From: Camelus ferus
Taxonomy: Eukaryota
DNA length: 64,000 bases
Assembly (NCBI RefSeq): GCF_009834535.1
Contig: NC_045696.1
Location: 32,738,001-32,802,000 of the forward strand
Direction: 5' to 3'
How positions within the stretch are numbered: position 1 is the stretch's first letter; the number at the start of each line of letters is the position of its first letter. This document shows positions 24,866-36,700 of the stretch, piece by piece. The notes beneath the pieces are model-generated. The model made no database searches, had not been told where the DNA came from, and saw nothing but the letters and a program-made list of their open reading frames with translations. The position numbers and the translations under genes were made by a program.

Positions 24866-25614
24866 CTACAAATTTAAGCTGTTCTCAAATCCGCTGACAT
24901 ACAGGATTTGAATTCTGACTGTACTAATGGGTTAAATTCTTGAATAGTTATCCAGAAAGAGAGAAGGCAAAGGACTGTCTGGGGAGCGAGCATCCATTCT
25001 TATGCCTCCTGCCTCTCCTTAGGAACTCTAAAGTATTCCTGCCGAAACTCAAACATGAATAAGCAGATTGCCCCGCCTGTGGAAAGGAAAAAAGCTCTAG
25101 ATGTTTTAATTCTTCAGTTAAATAAAGAAGTTTTATCATGTAGATATAGAGTTGAAGTAACAAAAAAATTTTCAGAAAGAATTTAATCATTCAGTCATCA
25201 GATGTGAAAAATAATCTGGAAAACACCAGTCAACTAAGGTGGATAAAGGAAAAGGCTATCAAAGCAGAGGCTAAGTAACAAATCACCTTGAAAAAATGAG
25301 AAGTAGACTGAACAGGATTGCCTGTGATAAATTCTTTCCTTACTGGGTAGGTACACATAAAATACATGGACAGAGATATTTTTGTCCTGCAGCTGCAAAG
25401 GTAGGCAGGTCTGCTTCTTATGATTGATCATACTGTTTTTCCTTTTTAATATGGAAGAATCTGTTAAAACAAAAACAAAAACAAAACAAAATAATAGTGC
25501 TCCCAGGGATATTGGGAGTTGTGTTCTGTACAGAAGACATATGGTTGGTATACAATATTCAAACACATCAAATACTTTTCAAATGATGTGCTTTATAGCG
25601 GAAGTAGTAAGGCA

Positions 25615-26074
25615 GTCCTGGCTTGGATGAGGCAAGAAAGAGAGCACACTATAAGGGGATGTTGGAGGGAGAGAGGAAGAGCCTCCATGCCCTCTCCTGA
25701 CATTCCACCCACCAGACACTGATGTAATCACCAATCTCAAAGCTTCCTGAATCTTGTTGTTCAAGAGTTTTTGTTGAGACTCCAATACTTAGGCAAGATT
25801 GAGTGAATTGATGCTTCCCTGACCTCTGGAGGTTGTGGCGTGGGACTGAAAGTTCCAACCCTTTACTCATTTGGCCAGCCCCTCCCTTGAAACTTTTTAA
25901 GGGCCCACCATTAGTCATCTTGTTAGTATAAACTCAAATTTGGTTGAAAGAGGCTAATTATGAATAACAAAAGAAATGCAGATCACTCGGGGTTTTGAAA
26001 TTCCAAGAGTTTTTGAAGTTCTTGTGCCAGGTTCCAGGGACCAAGACCAAATATATTTATTTTTATTATACCAC
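25615..26074. mobile_element. MER21-like LTR
   Basis: cctccatgccctctcc...gggactgaaagttccaaccct...gaaattccaagagtttt..tgtgccagg..gaccaaatatatttattttattataccac. Confidence 0.75.
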
Positions 26075-26077
26075 TGC

Positions 26078-26347
26078 ATAAGAAGGGATTTATTGGTTTA
26101 GATATATGAAAAGTCCATGGTGAATCTAGCTTTAGACATAATTGGATATAAGGGTTCAAATAATACCATTATCTTTATGTCTCTTTCTTGTCAACTTTTG
26201 GCTCCTCTTTTTCCTAACTTGGCTTTATTCTTAGATGATCTTTGACCATGGTAGGCAATGATGGATTCTGATAGTTTCAGATTTTCTATATCTACATGAT
26301 TGCCCCTTCCAAAATGAAAATGAGGAAAAGTCCCTCCCTCCCTCCCT

Positions 26348-26392
<45 letters not shown>

Positions 26393-26700
26393 CCTCTCCC
26401 TGCCTCTTTCCCTCCCTCCTTCCCTCCCCACCGCTTCCTCCCTCTCTCTCTTTGCAAGTTTATATTAGTCTCTGAAAGCCGACTTTGGCCAGTTTGGGTC
26501 ATGTGTCTGTTGTAAACTAATCACCATTTCAGAAGAATTGGGATTGAGTACTCTAAGTACCCTGCATGAGCCTTGTGTTCACCTTTATAAAGATGGAATC
26601 AGAACTAAATGATAGGCTGTTGCCATCCCCCCTCCCAGTCCTTTGGAAGTCAGTTTCTGAAAGTAAAAGATGCTAGGCAGAACAGGAATTAGGAAATGTC
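26078..26700. mobile_element. MLT1 (MaLR) LTR remnant containing a pyrimidine microsatellite
   Basis: aagggatttattgg...tggatataagggttcaaat...ttggctttattct...ttgggtcatgtgtct. Confidence 0.55.
26331..26453 (+). repeat. (CCCT)n(CT)n polypyrimidine microsatellite
   Basis: Directly visible. Confidence 0.95.
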
Positions 26701-28239
26701 CACTTCAAGTCTTTGGGTGATATTTCCCTGAAGGATCAGTTTTAATGAAGAAAAGAAGGTAATAATAAGACACTGAGCACAGTGTAAACCTTGAGGCAAT
26801 TGAAGAAACAGAGAGTAAGGCCTGAAGTGTTAGTCATTAAATATTAGTGAGAATAAATATTTCAGCAAATCTCTCTCATAGTTACATTTATTAAAAACCA
26901 CAAACATACGTTTTATTGCTTCTAACAGCCTTTCTCTGTCCAGAAATTTTTAAATGTGTTTGCAGAAATAAACTTATGATACTAAGTATCTACTTCAACT
27001 TCAAGATGAAGTTAATGTTGTGATTTTAAACTTTGCTTTAAAATTAGAAAATTAATTTCCCTCAGCCTTTAAAAGGAACTCTTAATTTATCATGATAATT
27101 GAACAAACTGTGAATTCTGTTTCAACTCAGCATGTGGTGTTTCTTGTTTATAAATTTATTTTTAAGGATTTTTGAAGAAACTGATTAATTTTGATAAAAT
27201 CATATAAATCTCTTAAGGTAGAAAGATGAATCTTTCTTTCCATGGGTCATTCAGTTTCTTATTTGGAAATAACACACATTTAATGGCTTGTAATGATTGA
27301 GGTGTTTTTCTTTTTAAGAAAAAAAAATAGATTTCAATGAAATTTGTTTGAGTGAAAAACAGAAGGATATGCAATGATATTCATTATGTTTTGCCAATGA
27401 GAAAACACAAGTAATTTCTAAATGACAAGATTGTTATAATAGATGATACTTAATGTTTGAAAGCATTACATATGGAAAAGACAAATAAGTAATTTATTCA
27501 ATTAAACTGGTCACAGTAGTTTCACTTCATACTGTGTTTATCCAAGAAGGATATTTATAAAAGGAGATCACATGATATTTTGATTGTGACATTATATGTT
27601 TTGTGTTTATTTTACAGATAGATAGACACCACATTAAATATGAAAACTCAGACTGATGTCAAATAATTGATTTTCTTTTAAATTATCTTAACATAGCTAG
27701 TAGGATTATATTAGTGTTTTTTTCAGTCTTCCCTTATTTTGATCCCATTGAACAACACTGAATAGTTCTCTGTAATGGAAAATGGATTGCTGTTTTATTT
27801 CTTTATGAACTTTTCACAAGGTTATTCCCAAAAGTTGAAAATATAACTTACTGTATTTCTGTAAGATTCAGAAAAATTTTATATAATGAATCTCCTGCAC
27901 AGTAGATAGAGTAGAATAGCATGGTTTTAATAAAAAAACATCATTTGAGTTTTTGGCACAGAGAAGTGGATATTTTAGATAATTCATTGATTTCTATTTG
28001 GGTTGTCTGAGCTCAGTAGAGGAAGATTATCTTAAGTGGAAATTGCTGAATATTAGCTGTTTATGGCCTCAAAAATATTAAATAAAAGAAAGTCTCCACT
28101 AATAAAATTTGCTTTATACTTGGGCTTAAATACCACAACAGCAATTAGGAGAAGAAATTAATGTTTATAATACTTGGAAGATAATAAGAAAGGAACTAAA
28201 TAAAAAGTTTGGCTTGTATACACATATTTGCTCATCCTT

Positions 28240-28840
28240 TTATGTATTGATACATTTGAATATTTTTATTGAACATCTACTACATGAAAGGCAAATTGTG
28301 CTAGGTTCTTGGGCTCTGAAAGTAAAGAATCATGGCTCATGTTATTTCAGGAGCTTACAGTTGAAGGGACACAAAGACCTTGATCCTGGCTTTATGAAGC
28401 AGATAATCTGGTCAGAGAGATAGATATGTAAATGGATAATTCAAAAAAGGTATGATAAATTTTATGGATTTATAGTCACTAGATATTATAGGAACATAAG
28501 TAGAGGTGTGTTTCATTAACTGGCATAAGAGTTTGAATAAGGGGAGTGACAAATACTTGGTTTTGAGAGCTTAATAGAAGTTGAGCCAAGTGCAGAAGAA
28601 GGGTCTAAAGCCCATAAGTGCATTGAGAAGGGTCATAGTGTTGTAGATTCTGGGGACTTCAGATTTTTTATGGTGTACGTGTATGATACAGAGAACAGAA
28701 TGATGGGAAATGAGGCTGGAGAATGAGAGATGATTCAGATACTAAAGGAGGATTTCTAATTTAATCTTTATGATCCATTGAAGACTCTTTAATTAGTAAG
28801 TGACCTATTCAAATTTAAGTTTTAAAAGAGTTTCTAGGTA
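28240..28840 (-). mobile_element. L2 fragment
   Basis: tttattgaacatctacta...tgtgctaggttct...caggagcttacagtt...gaaatgaggctggaga. Confidence 0.65.
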
Positions 28841-30519
28841 AAAGAGTATTGCTTTGTCCTAGGCCAGCTGAATTTAGAAACTCAGGGGAAGTTTTATGGA
28901 TTTCACCAGGATGTGGAGAGGATGTAAACTACTACAGACCAACAGATGGAAAAGTGTAAAGTTGAGTTGCTTTATTTGCTTTTTAATTACTCTGGATATA
29001 TTATTGACTTGGCAGTGCTCACTGAGAGACAAAGGGAGGTAGAAAAACAATAATGGGCAGGGCTATATATAAACTGAAAAGTGTTTTCTTGGTAGCCCAG
29101 AGTTCAGTAAATTAGCACCAGGTTGGTACTGTCACATAATTTGCTGGTAGGAGCACAGCAGAGCAGCTTGTAAGAACAGATGAGCCAGGGCACAAATAAA
29201 GTAATGAACATAAATCAAAGGAGCCTAATTTAGCATTGGACATCTAGATGGCGGTCAGTGAGCTGATCATTAGTACCATAATGCCATGCCCAGAGGAGAC
29301 TCAAAAAATATTTGTTGATAGTAATTATAAACTCAAAAAGAAACATGACTAGCATTCCGCCCCCAACCCCCTTTGGCCATCTTTGTCCAGAAAGCATTTA
29401 GGTGTTTATTGTGATTAGTCAAAGATGCTTTGCAGAGAACTGTTTTGAGTGTTATCTGGACCTGAAGATACTGTAAAATATCTTGTGTTCTTTCTAAAAC
29501 AGAGGCAAATTTATTTACACCCTGTATTCTCTTTCCAGTAAAATGTCTCATCTGTGCATGTTTCTGATGATTCAATATTTGGTTTGGTTTTATTTGAAAA
29601 AGAGGTTTAGTGTATAATCCATTAAATTTAAAGACAAATATTACTAAATATGAGTGGGACTTTCAGTGTAGCAGTAATCTCACTCAGGATTAATTGCTTT
29701 GACTTTTATATTGCCAGTTTAGCTTGAACTTGTCAATCTCACATTAATTCCTCATTTTTTGTGTGTGCACTTCAAGTCTCAGTGCTCTTGCTTGACTGTT
29801 GAAAAGCCTGTCTATATATTCCTTTATTTTGCCAAGAAGAGAGAAAAATATAAATATTATTTTTAATGCATGGTCCTGAGTATGAGAAGAGGTGGAGTTG
29901 GAGTGGGACACAAAACCTAAAATAAATTATTTACATTTGGTATACTCAGACTCAATAAAGTCCACTTTTATAATAGGAAATAAGAAACACTATTGAATAT
30001 GTAACTCAGGATATTATTTGGGACCGATTCTCATTTGTGGTTTGAGTTGGGACTCCAACAGAATTTGATTTCATTTTTGTTTTTAATTTAGGGGAAAAAT
30101 AACAGTTACATCAGTATACAATAAATAGTCTGACTTTAATTGTCTTTTTCATTATTGTTAGAATTGTTATCTGAATATAAAGGGCACTATTTGAATTCCT
30201 ATATTGTAATTGATTATTCCAGCTTAGCTAGCTCTCTTCCTGATAGTTACAGTTTCTTCAAATATACCCATTTAAATCATTTAAAATTCAAGCAAGAAAA
30301 GAAAGCAATGCAAAATTAAAGTATTTTCACTTATGATGAAATACAGTACCACACAACACAATAAAAGAACTTAGGTTGTTTTACAAGCAATTGAGATGAC
30401 TCCTACATGGACATTTTAGATATACTGTTCTCTAGAATTTTTGCTTTCAATTTCATCATTGTAGATGGCAACATCTTTTATTTTAAATGTGGTGTAGAGG
30501 AAAGGATAAGTAGGGAAGA

Positions 30520-30720
30520 AGAGGCATTTATATACTTTTTATTCATGAGCTGCCACATAACACGTCTGCTTATGTTCCATTAGTCATAATGTATTTACAT
30601 GGCTACACGTAGCTGCAAGAGAATCTGGAAATACAGTGTTTATGCTGGCAGTCACAGGCCCAGATAAAATTGAGGAAAGGAGGTCAGATATTGAGAAATG
30701 ATTAACAGTCTCTACTACAT
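30520..30720. mobile_element. MLT1 LTR fragment
   Basis: tctgcttatgttccattag...catggctacacgtagctgcaagagaatctggaaatacagt...aacagtctctactaca. Confidence 0.6.
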
Positions 30721-32627
30721 TTAGTACCTTGGGAATTTTGTGTCCTCTCTCTACTTTGATTTTTGTTTACTAGCTTATAAACAGCAGAATTATAAACTCT
30801 TTTTCCCATGAACTTTCTTCAAACTTTTATATTTCCTATGAGAATAAAATATTTATTGTGGTAAATAAATGCACATGGTAAATACATAAACTTAAAAAAT
30901 AATACATACATTTATGAGAAAAAGGCCCCAGTACTTCTTTTCTTAGTGTTTTACCATCTCATAAAATATTAGACCTTTTGTGATTTCTCTTTGAGAGTTT
31001 TTTATAATTTCATTTTTATGAAAGAAACATTCATATATAATGTCAGACATACTAGAAATATAAAGTTTTCTGTGCTCTCACTGCTCTAAAAAAAATGCTT
31101 TTCTAAAAATAAAATGTACACATTGGGAAAATGTTCAAATCAATGTGCTAGTTGTTACGTTGAAAATTCCATTACTGTTAATGAGGTTTGCAGGCATAAC
31201 TTGCACAGCAAGTTTCTCTGAAATTTTTCCCAGCTGTGCCCTTGAAAGATGCCTACTTCTTCTTCTTTTTCTTCTTTTTTAAATCATTTTATTGGAGCAG
31301 TTGCTTTTCAACTTGTCACTTTGTGTGTTGATGGCATTTATTCTACATAAAATGTTGGACTCAAATGTAAAGGAAAGGTGTCTGTCCACTACCTTTAGTT
31401 ACAAACAACTCATTGACATGAACTTTAGCACCTTAGCATAGTCCTGATATGGAACTTCTGCATAATTTATTATAAAAGAACATGAAACATTCAGAGGTTA
31501 GTGTTCGTTCAGGGATGTGCTGAAGTATTAGCAACACAAGGAACTGTGCCTTCTCTGTACATAACTTACACAAAGCAGCTGATACATTTTATGGTTCATA
31601 ATAGAATTATTTTGATCCCTTTATAGTTGTTTGGAAATATTTTAAAATAATACATTAAGAGAAATTTTATTAAAACGAATTTTCTCAGCATATTTTATTT
31701 TCTGTTTTGTATACATTTCCTTAGAAGACACTTAATAGTGATTAAATCCATATTTCTTAAAAAGTACTTTAAAAATAAGTAACATATTCACATGATCTAT
31801 AAAACAAAACTGTGAAAGGTTATATACCCTTTAAAATTTGTTAACATGATTTTTACACACAAACTTGCTATTTCCTAAGAAATAGAAAATTGATTTATAT
31901 CACACACAAGTCCTACTGGAAGTATTGTATATTATTAGAATGAATGCCTTTAGCCATTTCCTTCAACTTCATCCTCCAAAAGGCAGGAGAGAAAGTACGT
32001 ATCAGGATCACCTACAGAAACATTTGCAAACCACCCCCCTCCCCACCACCTTCCCACACTGTGCCTTACTGAGTCATCAAGTATTATCATGATTGAACTT
32101 TTTGTGTTCCTTTGTTTGGTTTATAAGTAGAGATGGGAACCTCTTTTCTTAAAATTCTGAAACACATTTATTTTCCATTTAAAAGATAATTACCAGGTCT
32201 TTTAAAGGAAAAAAATATATATACATAAAATTATTCTCCATGTATTAGTAGGGACACAACCTAAGTAAAAGCAATTAATCCTATGAATAAAATCTATCAA
32301 TCCGATAAAATAAAAACCTACAGGAGGGACATTATATTGGTAACAGCATAATGAATTCAACAACAGCATTGTGCTGTCTTTCATAGAGATCAGGCTTATA
32401 GTACTTAATGAACTCTGCCCTCAAGGAGCTTATAATTTTTAATGGCTTTATGATGGATGCCTAAATATAAGTCAGACAAGGAACATGCATGATAATCTAT
32501 TTTATTCGGCCAGAGGAGAATCTGGGTATGGTTGTTTGTTAAATAACTTGCATATTAGATAAAAGCAGTGAAATGAGAATGATAAAGTTACATATCGAGG
32601 TAGACAGGAACAATAAAATTTGCCCAT

Positions 32628-32950
32628 TGTCTTAGGTGAGCTTCTGGAGGAAAAGACTCTGAGACAGAGATCTGCATGCAAAGAAAGCAGAAGTGGTTGG
32701 AAGTCAGAGCTGCAGTGCAGTCACAGCAAAAGGCTCAGCTGATCCCCTCAGGAGTGTGAACTAGGATGACTTCTCAAAGTTGTCCCTCTTGAAGTGCTGT
32801 GTGCTGGGGAGGGCGGATGGTGTGCACGGGTCAGTTGGCTTGTTTTGACTGAAGACAATTCCAAGAGAATGGCTCAGCTGGGAGTCCCCAGCTGCTGGGG
32901 AATGAGCACCTCAGGCCTGATGTGGAGTCTGAGAGGTGACCTTCATCATC
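32628..32950. mobile_element. LTR16-like ERVL LTR
   Basis: tgtcttaggt..gactctgagacagagat..tgcagtgcagtcacagcaaaaggctcagctgatccc..cagctgctggggaatgag. Confidence 0.7.
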
Positions 32951-33749
32951 CTCTCTCTCATTGACTTGAAGACAGTAAGTCATGAGTGGAAAACCTGGAT
33001 TTTGAAGAATTGCTAAATGAAAGGAGGAGACTTCTTGATTTGGGTGGGAAAGATTGTTCAAATAACTAAGGCGTATTTTAAAAATTTAACACTGGAAGTC
33101 CTTTACCCAGGTAGGTGAACCCGGGAACAAGCAACTGGTGGTGGAAGAAGGTAAGTTGGAGAACAGTAGGAAACCCCACTTCATAAAGCAGACAAGAAAG
33201 TCTGTGACTAGTGAATTGAAGAAACCTAAAAATAGTGAGGTTTCAGTCCCCCTGGGGGCCCTTCACCAATTTACCACCATTGGGTACCAGTTTACTTTCT
33301 CCAATGTTACTTCTTTGGGCTCAACTCCCGGTTTGTTTCTGAAGTACTCACTAGTGACTGGAATGAGCACTAATTTTACGAACTGGAGATGTTTCTCATG
33401 CTGCTCTCTCACCTGCTCTTTCTTCATTTCAAGTCCTCCCATCCTTCAAGTCCGTCTCAGTCCCCATTTCCCCCAGGCCTTCCCTAGTGTCCTCCCTCCT
33501 GCCTTTTCCTAGTAAGTCATTGCATGTCCTCTTTCTTCTCCTCCCCTCTTCCTCATTCCCTCCCCTTTTTCTCCCCCCCGCCTTAGTTTTAACTTTCCCA
33601 TTCATGTTTCTACTCTTTTTACTTTTATAATAATAGCATAAATTGTATACTATATACATTTATATGTACATATGTGTATATATACACTATGTATAGTGCA
33701 TAGAGGTGTATAGGATATTATATAGTAGATTATTTCTATACTTTAGGAT

Positions 33750-33960
33750 TTACTTTTTTCCCCACTTATCATGGCATCATATGAGATTTATTCACACATT
33801 TAGATATGTTCATTTACCTGAATTCATATATTATTATATGAATAAGGCAAGTTTCATTTACTGTTGTATCTGATGATGGTTCTTTAGATACTTTTTAAGT
33901 TTTCATTATTACAACAAAGCTATAATACATACCCTTGGACTTGGCATGTATTTGCTAGAG
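33750..33960 (-). mobile_element. Old L1M(E) 3' fragment
   Basis: tgagatttattcac...ctgatgatggttctttagat...ttttcattattacaacaaagctata. Confidence 0.5.
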
Positions 33961-35654
33961 CATCCTAACAGGAATATGAGATCCTTGTAGGGAGGGATAC
34001 TTTTAATTCCCTATGATTTCTAGCATGGGGCTGACTGCATAATTATTAATATCCTGCTGACTAGTTGGAGAGAGGTGGCTTTGAATCCAAAAGCAAGAGC
34101 CTCTGGCTTAATTGTTAAAAGGGACTAGTAGGCAGACAGTGTTTATTTGATATCATATACTAACTACGCATAATATAGGTTCTATCAACTAAAGTTACGT
34201 TACTTTCTTCTGTAGTTATGTAACGCTTACCGAATCATTTCATTTAGTTGCTGTATGTCCACTTGCTGATATATCCACAATACTGAAGTTCTTTGGAAAT
34301 AATGTTATCTCCACCTGTACAAAGGTAGCTTTATATTAATTTCCCTTCCAGTAGCTCTCCTAGAAGCATATGATTTATTGCCATCTCACCAATTTATTCT
34401 GAGCGAATCAACTGTCCCGTTTTGGAAGCATTTCTTCCAGCTGTTTACAGAGGTCAGAGATTGACCATCTCTCATTTTGACCACAGCACAGCTCCTCCCT
34501 GCTCAGCCCACTTTAAACACTGTCCTCCAACCAATTGCCAGTTTGTAGCTGCCAGAATGATCTTTTCCTCTCATTCTTTTGACTGTGACTCTTTTCTCAT
34601 TTCTTTCTTCCTAGTTTCATAATCTAGACATCAGGCCAGAGAACAGCAGTTTCTACCCAAAGTTTTTTATCAAAGGGCTTTGCATTGGTTTTCTCTGTCT
34701 GCACCTGTATCCTCTTCACTGCTATTACCTGGCGATCTTACTGCATTTTTTTTTTACAGTCGTTCTACTTTGCCTCCCTTTCTCTTCCATACATTTTCTG
34801 ACTTGGCTTGCAAGACCTCTGTCCTCTGCCCCTAAAATATATATATATATATATTTTTAGTAGGCATGTTCAATGATTATGTAATTTGTGAGATAAATAG
34901 AGGGAAATAAGGAAAAGAAGAAAATAATCTTACCATCTAGGAATGTTGGTTGTCATCATGCTAGCGTGTTTCTTTTCTTCTTTCTGCATTATGTTAAAAA
35001 AAAATTCAGTCCCAACTATATGCTTAATCTGTATCATTTTTTTGGCTAAATACTATAAGTATTTTCCATATACCAAAATTTTTTTTGTGAACAGCATTTT
35101 TCCAGAAGAAAATAAAACTACATGGAGATACACTAGAGAGTACTTGACTGTACTCTAAAATATAATTAAAAATGAAAGAATAAGTAATATGACTGAAAAA
35201 TTCAGGTAACCAGTTTAAAAGAATTACTGATAATTAGTAAAAGATTGAGTCATTTGAGAAATAGGAAGTTTAAAACTGCAAGTAGAAAAACATCATGAAT
35301 AGAGAAACATCATGAGAATTAACATTCTGTATAAGGAAAAAGTGGATAAAGACTTCAGTAAGGAGCTAGACTGTAGCTTCATAGGAACTAAAAGGAATAA
35401 TCTTATATACATCGAATTGAGAAAGACTCCACTTTCAAAGTAAAATCTTTAGTAGCAAAGTGTACTTGTTATACACCCAAACCTAAAATTAGCATTTGAA
35501 AGACTTAACAAGCGTTTTCCTGTGACAGGTTTATGCAGTTCCAAATTCCTTATTCACTGAGAGAAGTATCAGTGCACCACAAGTAGGGTCATGTCCAGAA
35601 AGGAATGTGAAAATGACTGTTGTTCCTCCTAAACAATTTGCAAGCCCCTAAATG

Positions 35655-35870
35655 ATTAATAATAATTCCTTACATTTGTATAACAAAAGTGTTATAAGAT
35701 CAATTTTATATTAATTATCTCCTTTTATGCTTACAACAAAGCCATGATTATATTATAATTATTATATTTTTAAATGGATAGACCAAGGTCAGAGAAGTTA
35801 AGTGATTTACTGAAGATGGGTGATACTGAGATATGGGGATAGCAAAGGGAGTCCAAACCTAACCCAATTC
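35655..35870 (-). mobile_element. MIR fragment
   Basis: attatctccttttatgcttacaacaa...aaggtcagagaagttaagtgattt. Confidence 0.6.
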
Positions 35871-36079
35871 ATTCTGTTTTTTGATTATCTTTTTTCTAAT
35901 AATGTTAGGGAGGTGGCTTTGGTAAGGATGACAGAAAATGTCATCCTTTTATAACAGAAACTTTTTAATCTTAAACTCTTAATTTTCATGTCCTTCTTGG
36001 TTGTTTGGTGTATGTCGGGTATGTAGGAAATAATATGTTTTCTAAGCTTTCATAATGAACTACGTTAGTGGATATGAAA

Positions 36080-36700
36080 GTCTTCTCTGACTTTTAGCTG
36101 TTACACTTTTGTCTTCTGGCAATTACTACTGAAAATAAGCCCTAATGATCCTGCTTTTTTTTTTTTGAGAATTACCTAGTTGGATGCTGCTAGAATTTTA
36201 AAATATATTCTTAAAATGTTAAATGTTTCCAGCATCTGCCTGACTGAGGGTTCATTAGCCTTGTCTATGAGGTGGTAAGGACATTCAGTCTTCATATATG
36301 TGCATTTCTATTTCAAGATTTATTTTTAATCTTTACAGTCCAAGTTATGTTTTATTCTCTCTCATATGTATCTGAAGTTGAGCCCCAAACCTTATCCACC
36401 ATATTTGTCATCTTCTTTCCTACTGTTTTAGTTCAGTTGTCATATTATCTTTACATTCTTGGAAGCTTTCAATTTTTCCTTTAATTCCTTTATTTTGGTT
36501 TCTAGTATCAAGATGCTCTTGAGTACTTCCAAGTCAGACTGTAGTTCTTCAGTTGCTTTGTAAAGTTACCTTGCATTTCTTTCTTATTTTATACATTTTT
36601 TTCATCCTGTGTTTTTGATTTTTCATATAACTCTATGATAAATAGAGTTCTCTTCTTGTTTCATTCTTCTCTTGTTTCATTGAGACTATTTTCCGTGTCT
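36080..36700 (-). mobile_element. Old L1ME-like fragment
   Basis: T-rich antisense L1M-like text (tggatgctgctagaattt...ttcagtcttcata...tatttcaag); heavily diverged. Confidence 0.45.

Noticed and set aside
29239..29258. CTCF-like CATCTAGATGGCGG
   Set aside because: Mismatches at key core positions; similar partial matches (16097-16110, ~57620) cannot be supported without ChIP data.
31255..31312. Tiny T-tail plus TTTATTGGAGCAGTTGCTTT resembling an L1 3' tip
   Set aside because: Too short, and no TSD was found, so it cannot be called with confidence.
33640..33725. AT/GT-rich palindromes such as GTGTATATATACAC
   Set aside because: Self-complementarity is expected from low-complexity (TA)n sequence; no ncRNA evidence.
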